DNA of 62,012 nucleotides, filler included, from Basidioascus undulatus (taxonomy: Eukaryota): the NCBI GenBank assembly GCA_000826855.1. It is 6 parts of 6 records of this genome, joined end to end, with 100 filler letters (N's around TTAATTAATTAA, not from the genome) between each part and the next. Parts side by side here need not be neighbours in the genome. Positions count along the whole stretch, not along the records: positions 1 to 6,833 come from JTLS01001669.1; positions 6,934 to 34,307 come from JTLS01000167.1; 4 more parts are not named here. One strand, 5' to 3'. The position numbers and the translations under genes are program-made. The notes beneath the pieces are model-generated. The model worked only from the letters and a program-made list of their open reading frames with translations, was not told the DNA's origin and searched no databases. Positions 1-12,453 of the stretch are shown piece after piece (the first letter of the stretch is position 1; every line of letters begins with the position of its first letter).

Positions 1-80
1 GTACGTTCCTGGCTTCTGTGGGACGGGAGAGGGGAGTGGGAAGAAGCTGATGGGAATGAGAATGGGGAACCGGTGGGTAG

Positions 81-1046
81 CGTTCGCTGTAGCGCCGTAT
101 GACAAGTCGGGCAAGGCGGTCGAGCCAGTGCTCGATTCGTCCCGGTGCGTCCATTCCTCCCCATCCAACCCCTCCAGCCTTCTTCCCTCCTCGCTTTTTA
201 CCTGGACTCCGTTCAGCTAACGAGTCAGCGCGGCCCGCCAGCTACTTCGTCCTCACCGTCCAGAACAATAACCAGAAGGCGTACATCGGGATGGGGTTCG
301 AGGAGCGCAGCGACGCGTTTGATTTCAGTGCGTCCTTTCCCCTCGCTCTCATTCGCCTTCCCTCTCCCGCCTTCCCTTCCAATCGCCTCTCCTTCCAATC
401 GCCTCTCCTTCCCCATTTCTTTCCGCACCCTACCTTCCCCTCCCTCCCTTCTTTCCGTGCTTTTGACTGCGTGCCTGACACACCCTGTCGGACGGGAAAG
501 ACGTGGCGCTGCAGGACTGGACCAAGTACGCGGCTCCATTTCCGATGAAAGCGGACGCGGGGAGGGTGGAAAGGTAGGACTGACCCGCGTGGGTGGGTGA
601 AACAGACGGCAGAATGCTGCCGCCTCCCTGTCCTCTTCCTCCGAAGCTGAGCAGTCGCCGCACGTCCCCACGGGGCCGAAGAAAGGTCCGCCCTTTCCCC
701 ATCTCCCATTTCCTTTCCCCCCTGTCCTCCTTTCTATCGCCCTTTCTCGCTTCTGACGCGCCTGTCCGGGCAGATTACTCGCTCAAAGGTCCCTCCCCTC
801 TCCTTCCTTTCCCCTCCCTTCGCCCTTCTAACCCTCCCTTCCTCTTCCGCAATCGCAGAGGGTCAGACCTTCTCCATCAAGCTCCCCAACTCTAAGTCGG
901 GCGCCCCGCGGCGGGCCGCTGGCGGGGGCGCGTCACTCTTGGGTGGGGACGGCTTTGGGGGAGGATCGGGTTCGGGTGGGGCAGGAGGCGCAGGGGGACT
1001 GCCCCCGCTGTTGCCTCCGCCGCCGTCGGGAGGGCGGAGGCGGTGA
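81..1046 (+). CDS. Adaptin ear-binding coat-associated protein (NECAP/DUF1681), 3' part; 5' end lies outside the window; 6 exons visible
   Basis: Exons joined over GT..AG introns read [56 protein letters not shown]...PKKDYSLKEGQTFSIKLP...PLLPPPP, ending at TGA 1044-1046. These are hallmark NECAP motifs. Confidence 0.9.
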
Positions 1047-2274
1047 GTGTGCTGGTGGACGGGGAGTAGCTGGGGTTCCGACGTAATTAGACCTGGATTT
1101 GTCATGTGTGTTCGGTTGAGCATTGCTTGACTTCCCGCGTGTGTATGCGTTTGGGCTGCACCGCAGCTTGGGAGGCCGCGAGAGCGAGATGGGACGCCGG
1201 AAAGCGAGATGGGGTCTTTATACCTTCTATTAAATTCCCGGAGAGGTGATGTTTCGCGGGCGAAGGGCATAGAGCTGGGGGGGCGCATGGAAGGGACGAT
1301 CGACTTTGTGGGTAGTCTGGGGTTATTAGCGGGGATTTGAAGTGGGCCGTGCAGTAGTTGGGGATTGCGCAGACGGTGAGTGTGCGTGTCAGGCAGTTCG
1401 AAAAGGGTCGCCTTTGAAGGAGGAGGATGGGACTGCTGCACATGCAGCCGCAGTCCCGCACAGTCGCTCTGAAGTGGATAGGGTGCTCACGCGACTCCAT
1501 TTCCAGCTCGACTGCTCCAACTTATATGGACGGAAAGACTTTCCTCCCAAACTCTGTCTGATGTCTGTCCTCATTCTACAAGTCGCTGAACGATTCGAGC
1601 GCCTCGGGGGCGATCACTGCCGCGTGTGTTACAGATGCAGGCAGGAACGCTACTGAGAGTACCTTACTGATCAGAAAATCATTCAGCCTTACAGTTAAAC
1701 AAATCATTGGATCCTCTTCACATTCGCGGACCAGTGGGGATGTACCTTTGAGCCCGAACGCCGTTTGGGGCGAGCAACACCGCATTGAGCGATAACCTGA
1801 CCGAAGAGCGCCCGCCGGGGCTGCATTTCCGCCGGCTCTAAAAGGCTCCCCCCAAACCAGCTTCCCGACACAGTGGGCTTTGGAACTAGTCGCTACCTCA
1901 AGCGCAACAGAAAGCGTCGCGTCTCTCGGAGGGCAACTTGGGCCACATTCCCCGTCAACAGCAACAGACTGCGGAACGGCGCGACACTTTCTGTTACGCT
2001 TGCCAGCCGAACATTGATTGGAACTGATGCGTTGAGACCGGAAAATAAGGGGCGAGCTGTTGATGTACCCGTGTCTCAACGAGCAGTGTAGCTGCTAGCC
2101 CACCCGTCTAGTGGACCGTACCTGTGGTTTTGGGAGCTGTCACGTTGCAAGACGGAGCACTGCTATTCAAGCTTCGCTTTCAGACATTCATCTTGCATAT
2201 TATCCCCACGCCTTTAAGTAACACACTCAAAATAAAGCACATTCGAGCTTTTAGCCCTGCAGCGACAAGACATG

Positions 2275-3087
2275 TCAAAGCCCGCTCTCTCCCTCGAACT
2301 CCAACTCCCAAATGGTCCCTTCCGCAATGCGCTGGTCGAACCATATCCTTTCTTCAATCACAATGGTTTTGACCGCCACATGTTTGAGCTTCCTGAGGGT
2401 GTGGCCAAACAGCGGTTCGATGTCAGCGTTGAATTCGAAGTCGGCGGGGGATGAAATGAGGACGAAAATGATGCGTCGCAGTGCCTGGCCGCTGACAAGA
2501 AGCCGCTCGATACCCTAGAGCGGAGGAGCGAATTTCTTCCAGGAGGTTGCAAACGCCACCGCCACGTGCGAGAGGCGGGGCATCCCGACGAGTGCACCCA
2601 CCGCGTCCGGAGTCGGAGGTCCCACTCCATACAAGCCAGGTGTGTAAGCCGGATGGACCCGAGCAAGCGGACAAGATGAGGGTGACCAAGAGTGTCCCCA
2701 ATTACAGCTCTTCGAAGCGCTAGAACCTCCCAGCAGGTGAACGAGGGCCTCGACTGTGCCGGAGTACGTTGAGGCCATGGATAAGCATTTGAGGCACTGT
2801 GTGCCGCGCTTTAGAGAATTAACTACAATGCTGAGAACAAGAGCCGCGTCTTCGAAGATCTGACCGCCCGTTGTGAATTCGGAAGGAGGGAAAATCGAAC
2901 GCGTGCAGCGAAGGAGATCGGGCTCGCCTTCACGGAACGAGCAAAGCTTTCGAAGGCCTGCCGGCCGCGGCTCTGATAGAGGTGCAAACGATGCGGGGTC
3001 ATAGCCGTACGCACGCGGGTGAGGCGGGGTTGCCATTGCGTCCACGATGAGTCCGAGAACATCGAAAGAGAGCTCGTTCATACCCAT
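2275..3087 (-). pseudogene. Degenerate F-box-like gene, paralog of 28395-29288
   Basis: Reads MGMNELSFDVLGLIVDAMATPPHPRAY...PDLLRCTRSIFPPSEF...MPRLSHVAV. An in-frame TAG at 2515-2517 is followed in the same frame by GIERLLVSGQALRRIIFVL, ending at TGA 2275-2277. These blocks match the 28.4-kb gene. Confidence 0.6.
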
Positions 3088-4562
3088 TGTCGCAATGGAG
3101 TTGTGTGGGATGTTTGAAAAATAGTGGGAGGAGCAACTTCGGCTGGCCGCTTGCGTGCGACTCGCAGATAGTCGTCCTCATTGAGCTCGCGGCCTATCAA
3201 AAGGGCAACGATAGTGACTCTTTAGTACGCTCGAGCCGGCACAACGTCCATGAGCACAACCAAGAGGGTGATGAAGTCTTCGAGCTGTACGAGCTTGAGC
3301 GCGGTCCAGTGTGCTTGGACGAGGACAGCAGTGCTGGGACGAACAAGGAATAGAGGATTTACCCCGAAATGCCGCTGATAGAAATTGATGTCGGCCCGGG
3401 CGCGCAGGACTCAAGAGCGCGGATCAAACGGTCGATGCTTGCGTCAGGACTCGGCGAGGAGCCTTCGCAGAAGCGCAGAAGTCAGCAACCACCGGTGCGC
3501 CTCCTGTGACTTTGTAATAAACATACAAAGCCCACACGGCATAACATTCCATGAATTTGCTTCGCATGCGGACGAAGGGGATCCAGTTCGCCGAGGCAGA
3601 GGGTTGAGACTGTGCCTGCGAGGTCCGGGAGTGCCCCAATGGCAGGGGTAAGAGAGCAATTGACAAACAGGCCCTCCAGCCGCAAAGTATGAGCCTGGTG
3701 TACGGGTGGAAAACTCATAGCTCGGCGTTGTGCATGTTCACCCAAGGCATCCCAGACAGGCCCGGTGACACCACCACCCAAACGATGCTCAGCAATCGCG
3801 GCGGCGGCAGTTGAATGGCTGAGCTTTGTTTGACCTAACAGCTCTTGTACAATGCAACGCAAAACATAATATCCCAATATTCCGTGAAATTATCGTTGAG
3901 AATGAAGGATGTAGGGAGAAGATGCCTGTATGGCGTACATCTTTGTTCACGAACGCGAAGCGCATCCCTGGCACACTAGTGAAGGACGAAACTGATGATG
4001 AGGCAGAAAAGCCCGAATAATAATCAGTAGGGAAAAGTTGAGAAGAAAAGGAAGAGCACCCGGATAAGAGTTTGCCTTATGCGAGTCTTACGATGTAATC
4101 ACAGGATCATCACGGTGGTAGGGGATCGCCAGCGAGGGTGAGGTCAATGAGAAAGATGCACCGGTGCCTCTGTTTTTTGAAGGCATGAGGTTATCCAGAT
4201 CTGAAAGTTACCGATTTTCAACAGTTCCAGAATTGAAGGCTCAGACGCCGGGGCCCTGGCATCTAGAACTTGGGGACCGTCGCCGTGTTACCCCCTTCAC
4301 GGCAGGGTTACCTTTGCAGGCTATTTGGTTTACCTTGTCAGTTGATCCAGCTGTGCAATGTGCCATGCGGTGGATCCTTTGCGTACTCGACTTCCAGACA
4401 TCGGAACGGTCACTTGGCAAGTGCTGTGCCAGCTAGGAAGCACGGTGTTCCACATACCAGATCATGACCTCATTGCGAGATCAGAAATTCAGGACATAAA
4501 AGAGGAGTAAGGGTGGGGGAAGGCAGAGCACACCCGCACAACTCCTACATTTTCAGAGCATC

Positions 4563-5209
4563 ATGTCCATCGCCGTCCTTCCCATCCACCCCTACGCCCC
4601 TGTGGTCTACGACACGCTCTACGACGTCTAAGATGTGGTGAAGCAGCTGGAGTCTTCCGACGGGGCCCAACGCATCTTCGGTCCCCTCCGCAGCGTCATT
4701 CTGGAGCACGGCATGCAGCTGCACTACGGCATCCAGGTCCTGCACAACCACTTCGCCATACCCGGCACCGAGAAGCTCGTGTCATTCGGCGTCATGAGCG
4801 TTCCGGTCGACACAGGTCTTCTCACCAGAGAAGGAGCCGAGCGCATTCAGACTGCGTCTTGGCTCTTCCGGCCGGAGGGCGCATACCCATACGAGTTCAA
4901 TTCGTACGAGGCTGGGGTGTACATTGCTCCAAGCGCGCACTTCTTCGCCGACTTCTACAGCCCCCTCAAGACGTACGCGCTGGACCATCTCCTGTATTCC
5001 TTCCAGGCACCGCGTTGGGGCGTCAGTCCACCGAAGGCCGCGCAAACGTTACAGTGCTGGCGTGGCTCACGAAGGACGGCCCCGAGAGCGGCAAGTACCT
5101 CGACGTTACATGGGCCTTCGAGGACCCGGTCAGTGTCGGCCAGTGCAAGAAGTCTTGCAAGTACCGAAACGACACCGGGCACACGGAAAAGCACCTTCCG
5201 AACACCTGA
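4563..5209 (+). pseudogene. Disrupted, apparently intronless hypothetical protein gene
   Basis: ATG 4563, in-frame TAA at 4629-4631, then strongly coding-like codons (VLHNHF..E.LV, SWLFRPEGAYPYEF). An apparent frameshift near 4995-5020 leads into TEGRANVT...CKKSCKYRNDTGHTEKHLPNT*. TATA-like CATAAAA at about 4495. Confidence 0.6.
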
Positions 5210-6291
5210 GATGCAGGACGGTGTTCGTCGTACCTTGAATTGCTTCCCTGGTTTCCAATACACCCAACTATCCACTCTTATGCTTTACTCTGTCCAGATA
5301 TAGGCTTCTGATGATTGGCATTCTTGAGTGATGAATAATGTTCGTACGTTCGCGACTGCGTGTGATTGCCGGAGTCGAGCTAACCAGCAGCGCGCCTGAC
5401 TTGTTTGGCTCATCTGGCTTGCCTGTCCTGGCCGTTGACGCAAAGTTTGGGCAGATCTGTACGATGCAAAATCACTATATCTACAAAAACGGGAGCTCCT
5501 AATTCAGCGCACAACGCACACACGCCGCACAAACTCATGCCAACGTTCTTCAACAGACTCCTCTCATGTACTTGGTTTGTGCAACCATTTTCACCGCGAG
5601 CTCAAGTACAGCTCCATGAATACGCGCAACATTGCGTGTCCACTTCGACAATGGCAGACTTGCAGCTTGTTCGGCAACATTGGCTCGGAGCTCGTTGAAG
5701 CCATCGCCAGGATCCCGAGGAACGAAAAATTCCCCTAGACGAGGATTACTAACGTAAGTCAAAAAGTAAACACAAAGTCGTTCAGAGAGGATGGTTGAAT
5801 GGCCGCGCGGCCCAGACTGCAGGCTTGGGGACTTCGCTTTTCGCTTAAATCCTCGCAATCACCAGATGCTGTGACGTTGTGCGACACAGCACCCAGCTAA
5901 TTGACGTTTGAAGAACTGTAACGAAGGGGATTAATTACCATGGGCAAGGGCGAGTTGCCGCTGCGCGTGTGCATTGCGCAATCGCGACCCTCGGTCAGAA
6001 AACTAACGCACGACCCAACCGGCGTAAAGTGCGATGGACGTTTCACTTCATTTCATTTCATGTCGTTTCATTTGAAATATAGGAAGAATGTCATGTCGAA
6101 GGATGTCAAATGTGATGCAAAGGGTATAAAATGCGCGAAAACGATGCGAAGGCCCATACTACGACTGCCAATGCGACTGCGACTGCGACTGCAAAGTCGA
6201 AGAAGAATCGAAAGCGAAAGCGATTCCCTTCCCTCCCGTTCCCGACACCGAACCAAGCTCACCACCACGACCGCAGCGCCCACGTATCCGT

Positions 6292-6833
6292 TCAAGCCGC
6301 CCCTTCCTCCTTCTTCATCTGCACGGCCCCCACCTCCCGCGGCGCGGACGCCGACCCGGAGCTCTTGACGGGTGATGTGGAGCGGACGTCGCTCAGCTGC
6401 AGCTGCTGGCGCGCAACGACATCGAGGCAGCAGCGCAGGCCGGCAGCGATGGGCTTGAGGTCGGAGGCGGTGCCGTCGGCGGGCCGCTGGGGGTGGTTGT
6501 GGGCGGAGGAGGTCGGCGTAGGCGGGGCAGTGGCCGACCTTGACATCGCCGGCGCACCGGTCTCCGTCGCCGTGTCGCCCGCCCAGCCCGTGATGGAGGA
6601 GCTGAGCGACGAGCGGCGGCGTTGCTGGACGGGGACGGAAGAGCGCTCCGCCGAGGAAGCGCTGCCCCAGCCGGACGGCGTGGGCGGCGGAGCCATCGCG
6701 GCGCTGAGGGACGAGCGATGAGGCTGTTGATGCTGCTGCTCGGGCGAGACGGCCGTCACGCGCGACTGGGGCGCTGAAGCGCGGCGGGGCTGGGCGGGGG
6801 GGACGACCGACGGCGGGGACGGCGGCGGGGGGG
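6292..6833 (-). CDS. C-terminal fragment of a Pro/Ser-rich hypothetical protein, truncated by the gap
   Basis: Frame appears open from the gap to the stop at 6292 (…DLKPIAAGLRCCLDVVARQQLQL…KKEEGAA*) with GC-rich coding-like composition. Confidence 0.45.
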
Positions 6834-6933
6834 NNNNNNNNNNNNNNNNNNNNNNNNNNNNNNNNNNNNNNNNNNNNTTAATTAATTAANNNNNNNNNNN
6901 NNNNNNNNNNNNNNNNNNNNNNNNNNNNNNNNN
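6834..6933. other. Artificial contig-joining linker
   Basis: 44 N + TTAATTAATTAA + 44 N; the linker places stop codons in all six frames. Confidence 0.99.
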
Positions 6934-7311
6934 ACCGCACACACCCTCGCGTTTGGGTGGATCCTCTTGGCGCTATACCCGTCGTGGCAAGACCGGGGCG
7001 GGAGGAGGGGGAGCGGGTGTGGGTGCGGGAGGCGTAGGAGGGGGCGGGGGGCTGATTGAGGTTGAGTAGGGGGAAGAGGGATGGGAGATATGAGAGGCGC
7101 TTGAGAGAGTGTTCTTTCCGTTGCCGTGTGCTTAGGAGAGCACCGGGAAGAGTTGCAAGACCCGCTTGACGCAACTTGGGGCCTTCTCGTCTCCACCGCT
7201 CCTTGCGCATTCCTCTCAGCTCTTCTTCCGCCTTCTTCTACTGCCGGACCTCTTACAATCACTCAACTCCCACTAACCAACACCCACGAGCGCCCTTTCG
7301 ATCATCAACAC

Positions 7312-8317
7312 ATGGACACGATGCCCCCGTCCGAAGTCGCGTCTTTCCGAGCCGCGCTCAAGAGCGCAAAGCACATCGTCGCACTCGCCGGGGCGGGCTT
7401 GAGCGCGGCGAGCGGGATCGGGACGTTTCGCGGGGCGGGCGGTGAGTCTGATCACTTCCAAGAGTGGGTTTTGAAAAGCTTATGTTGTGATGGGATGTGT
7501 TCGCGTGGGTGGATAGGCCTCTGGAGGCAGTACGATGCCCTAAGCCTCGCGACGCCCGAAGCCTTCGCTGAGAACCCATCCCGGTGCGTCTCTCCCCCCG
7601 CATCCCATCTCCTGCTCAACCACGAAACCCTCCGCGCCTCAGGGCAGCGTATGGCAGTTCTACCACGCCCGTAGGGAGACCGCGCGGGCCGCTGTCCCCA
7701 ACGCCGGGCACCTAGAGCTCGCGCTCCTCTCCTCCCCCACACAGCGCGCGTCCCTCGCCCCCTCCTCCAAGTCCTTCACGCTCATAACCCAAAACGTCGA
7801 CGGCCTCTCCCCGCGCGCGGTGTCCACCGCCGCGCCCAACGGCGAGGGCGAGCCCCCGCTCGAGATGCACGGCTCCCTGTGGCGCACGATCTGCACGTCC
7901 TGCCACACCGTCTCGCCCAACACGGACTCGCCCATCTCCCCCGGGCTAGCAGGGACGGAACACCACCCTCTCACCGAGCGTGAACTCCCCCTCCCGCGCT
8001 CCGCACTACCGCACTGCGCCTGCGGAGGCCTGCTCCGCCCGGGGGTAGTCTGGTTCGGGGAGACGCCGCCCCACCTTGAGAACATTGACGGGATTCTGAG
8101 GAGGTGCGATCTGTGCCTTGCGGTGGGCACGAGCAGCACGGTGTACCCCGCTGCGGGGTTTGCGGGGGGCGTGAGGAGTAGGGGAGGAAGGGTCGCGGTT
8201 TTCAATCTCGAGGGAGAGGGAGGTGGGGGAGCGGCAGAGTGGTTTTGGGGCGGGAGGGCGGAGGAGACGCTGCCGAGGGCGCTGGGGGTGGAGGAGGAGG
8301 GGGGGGGGTTGGTGTAG
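7312..8317 (+). CDS. Sir2-family NAD-dependent deacylase, class III (SIRT5/CobB-like); 3 exons
   Basis: Motifs [33 protein letters not shown] (YxxR), TQNVDGL, EMHGS, CxxC..CxC zinc ligands, [20 protein letters not shown]. Stop TAG at 8315-8317. Confidence 0.93.
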
Positions 8318-8890
8318 AAGGTAGAGAGGGTATGAAGTTGCGAATACGACGCGGGAGGGGGTTGCATGCGAAGATTCCGCTGCGTACAGCAGCCCGTATG
8401 CCTCGGGCGCTGTTTGAGATGAGAAAAAAGGACAGACTGAAAAGATCATGGTAGTGTAATTAACAGTTTCAGAATCTCTTCAACTGCCCATCCTGCGCGA
8501 TTCACTGCTTTGTTCTCGACCTGCACGAGCCGGCGATTGCGTATTAGTCTCGATGTAAGATTCCACCCTCTACCCATTCACGAGCAATAATTCACTGCTG
8601 GCAAGACTACTTTTGTATGCGAAGCGCGCTGGTTCTTGAGCCTGCCTCCAAACCGGCAGATGGGCCGCTGGGCGATGCTGGAGACTGGAAAAAACCATTG
8701 AAGCGAAATAGTGGTCATCCCAAATTTGTCGTGAATCGTGATCATGCAAGGACATCAAGTTCATCCGAAAAGCGAAAGGATTAAGGCTATCTAAGTGAAA
8801 AGGAGGGAAGCGAGCGAAAAAAAATGCGGTATGCAAGCATCTGAACTTCCCGTGTGCGTATGGACGTCGTCAACCCTTCTATGCAAAAAT

Positions 8891-11429
8891 TTACTCGGCG
8901 TCCTCCTCGTCGTCCTCGGCAGCGAGCTGCGCCATGAGGAACGGCTCGATCCAGGAGTTGAAGCCGTCGTCGCCGCCGAACTCCTCTGCGAGCTTCTCGT
9001 CCTTCTCGAGGACCGAGAGCTTCTCGTCCTTGAAGCTGTTGGGGAAAGAGCCATGGTCGAACTGATGGCGAACTTTTACGGATGAAGAGAAAATTGACGC
9101 ACGTCGCCTCCCACTTGGCCCACTCGTCGTCGTTCAGGAGCGCAGCGTCGAGAGCCTTCTCGAGCTCGGCGTGCTTGAACGGCTGGGCGCCGCCACCGAT
9201 GAAGACGATCTGCGGAGCGCGGATTTAGCGTCAGAAACAAGATTGGGCGCTGTAGAAACGAGCTAACGCACCTCCTGGCGGCGGTCACCGTACGGGGCCT
9301 GGAAGATCTGATCGCGGATGCGCGCGGCCAAGGCGGCGTCCTTCTCCCACTCGCCCTTGGGCGGCTCCTCGTACCAGACATCACCAGGGGTGGCAGTGAG
9401 CTGCGTGACAGAATTCAGCATGCGAAGGGCTTGTAAAAGAGCGGGAAGCAGTCGCACCATGGCACCGGCCTGGCTCCACTCGCCGCCGACGGCGGTGCGG
9501 GTGGCGAGCCAGAAGAAGCCCTTGGAGCGAAGGAGCGGGCCGAAGATGGGGTCGGCCTTCTTCTTCTCGAGGATGACCTGGGGGTCGATGTCCTGGGCGT
9601 TCCGAAACAAGCGTCAGTTCGGTACTCATGCGCACAAGAGAAAAGGTGGCAGAGGAAACAACGGACCTCCTCCTCGTCCTCCTTCTCCTTCTTCTTCTCC
9701 TCCTTCTTCTCCTCGGTGGCCTTGCCCTTGCCCTTGCCCTCAACCTCCTCATCCTCAGCCTCCTCGTCGTCCTCCCAGTCCTCATCGTCGTCGTCCAGCG
9801 CCTGCATGATGGCGAACTTGTCGCCGATCAGGTCCATCAGGCGGCCGGGGTGGAAGGGGCGGCGGCGGCGGTAGACGAACGACTGCCGTGAACGAACAAC
9901 ACAGCCTCATTAGCTAGAGCTGGCTACCTAGGTGGCGTAGTATAGTATAGTACCGCGACGTTGTAGCCAGAGTTGCTGGTGGAGCAGTCGTCGCAGCCGT
10001 TGCAGTTGGCGTCGCAGGCCTCGGCCTTCTCGATCGCCTTCATCCACCCAGCACCCTTCTGCGCCCTAACCGCGAAGTTGCTGTGTGAGCCTACATTAAC
10101 CTAGTAACATGAAACAAAATGATTTACTCCTCGAAGTTGAAGAGACCAGTGTTGAGAATGCTCTTGGGCTCGATGATCGAGTGGTCGGTCTCGTAGATCT
10201 TCGCACGTGGGTTAAGCGCAGCGACGAGGGCGCGGACTCGAGCGACGTTCTCCTTGGGCGCAACGTCGGTCTTGTTGAGGAGAATGACGTCCGCGAACTC
10301 GATCCTGTTCCGCATGCAAGTGAGTCATGTGCGTCGAGGGTTTTGAAAGTTCCAAGTCCTACTGGCCAACAAGCAGGTCGGTGATCTGACGCGAGAACGA
10401 GGTTAGTCAAACGAACGCATATGAGAATCAGAGGAGTATAACTCACAGTCCGCTCGTCATCCTCGTCAGCGGAGCCATTCTTCTCGACAGGGCGGTCCGA
10501 GAGGAAGTCGATGGTCTCGAACTCGGCGAGAGCATTGACACAGTCAACAACGGTGACGCAGGTGTCGAGACGGGCCTTCAAATCGTACCCATCAGCATCC
10601 ACATCTTCGGCATATCGACACAAGAGGGAGACTTACGATCTTGGGCAGGCCACCCTTAGCCAGGAGCTCCTTGAGCTTAGGGTCCTCCTCCTCCTTGTCC
10701 TCCTCGTCCAGGCCCTCCTCATCGTCGTCCTCGAGCTCAGCCGCGAAGGTCTCAGCAATCTCCTCAGGGTCGGAGATCCCAGATGACTACTCCGCAACCA
10801 TGAGTTCCATTTCCCTGCCATCCAATCTGGACATCTTGAACGTACCTCGATGATCAGGTAGTCGTACTTGCCGGACTGGGTGAGCTCGTCAACCTGCTTG
10901 AGCAGGTCGACGCGGAGCGAGCAGCAGATGCAGCCGTTCTGCATCTGGTACACCTGAGAGTCGTCAGCCTCGGTGATGCCGTGCTTGGCGATGGTCTCGG
11001 CGTCGACCTAAGTCGGGAAGGGGGAGTGAGTAGGAGATGAGATGGAAGCGCGGGGTGCTATCAGCACGCACGTTCAACGACGCCATGTCCTGTTGGATGC
11101 GGGGTAAGGGATGTCAGGAGGAAAAAGGCATTGGATAGAGATGAAAGCACTGTTCCACAAACGTTGACGATAACGGCGCAGCTGCGACGTTGGAAGGGTC
11201 AGCATCCGCCGGCGACCCCATAGCCTTGCTTCGACACTCACCGGAGGCCATGCTCCTTGTTGGTGAGGATGTGCTTGAGCTGTTCCCGCCACGCCGCCGT
11301 CAGACCAGCACGCCCGCCACAATGCCTACAAATCTCTGAAGCTTGCCGGCTCACCAGAGTGGTCTTGCCAGCACCCAGGAAGCCCGAGAGGAGAGTGACC
11401 GGGAGGCGCTTGTCGACGGAGGAAGCCAT
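8891..11429 (-). CDS. COG0523/CobW-family (Zng1-related) metallochaperone GTPase, multi-exon with micro-exons
   Basis: LPVTLLSGFLGAGKTTL (Walker A), CAVIVN-DMASLN-VDA, NGCICCSLR (CxCC), DYLIIE, LDTCVTVVD, EFADVILLNKTD, SFVYRRRRPFHP, LRSKGFFWLATR, PYGDRRQE. Last exon ends ...EDDEEDAE* at TAA 8891-8893. Confidence 0.95.
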
Positions 11430-12453
11430 ATCGTTCAGTCCTGCTGCGGTGTGGGATGCGGCGGTGGATGGGAAGAAAGAAGAGGTGGACCCCTGCGAGT
11501 GAAAAGTTGGTCTTCCCTGGGGGGACGAGCACGGCTAACGGTGAAAAAGAAGACGCGAAGGCTCGAGCGCGACGGCCGGACGACGGTTGAGAGATTTTTG
11601 GGAAGACACCCACGTGAAAGATTACGTGAAGCTGTGTACGTGTGTTGCAGGGAGGCGCATTCGCAAAACCATCGAAAGCGAAGGACTCCTCCTTCGATAC
11701 TGCCATGAGTACGAAGATTCGAGAGCCAATATCGGGGGAGACATTAGCATGTTCGAAACGAAAGCGAACAGCTCGAACCGACGAAGAGGGGAGATTCCCT
11801 GAGGTGACTACTGGACTAGTTCGCGGAGCGGCATATCGATGCAGTCCCGCTTCGACTCCAGAAGTAAGTATTGAAGCTCTCCATACCGTCAAAATAAGCA
11901 AAAGGAAGGATGGGAGGAAGTGAGTGTTCGGAACGAAGAAGATATTCATCCACCGTGCAGAGCAGTCAGTCACTGCCATTGCTGAGGACCGCCTCCGCCA
12001 CCAACAGCGGCTTTGCTTCACTTTATATAGACCTTTATCCTCCCGCATGGTCCTTCTGAAGATCGTACATGAACAACTCACTTGCCGACCCTTGATTTGA
12101 TATACTCACAGCATTTCGAATGCTCCCGTACTACATCTCTGCGCAACAGACGCTGCTGCCCAGCGCCTGTGTCAAACCCCCGGACGACCCAATTTCAGCT
12201 CGCTGTGGGCCCCAACTTGTGTCGGTAGGGCCAGACTTATCCTTAAATTTTTAATCTACACCAGCATTCCCTCAACATAGAACTCGATCGCTTCGAGGCG
12301 GTCTTCTTTGCTGTGCGACGTCTTGCGGCAGCTCACGTGCACTGCGCTCGCCCTTCATCTTCGAGTGCGCCGTTTCTGTCACACGCATCATGTTCAATAC
12401 CTTCTCCCATATGCCCTTCGTCTCAGTCATATAGCACTACTTCATACCTTTCG

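Noticed and set aside
5940..6230. (GCGACT)n and (CATTT)n repeats and an ORF with VKCD-like repeats
   Set aside because: Simple microsatellites in a probable 3' UTR; no spacer structure and no CRISPR-like array.
6878..6889. TTAATTAATTAA recurring five times, four of them at a spacing of about 6.9 kb
   Set aside because: It is a synthetic all-frame-stop linker inside N runs. The spacing reflects size-sorted contigs, not biology or piggyBac TTAA sites.
8795..9085. Short ORFs downstream of CobW suggesting a separate small gene
   Set aside because: The true frame is the terminal CobW exon (FKDEKLSV...EDAE*), reached through a canonical intron.
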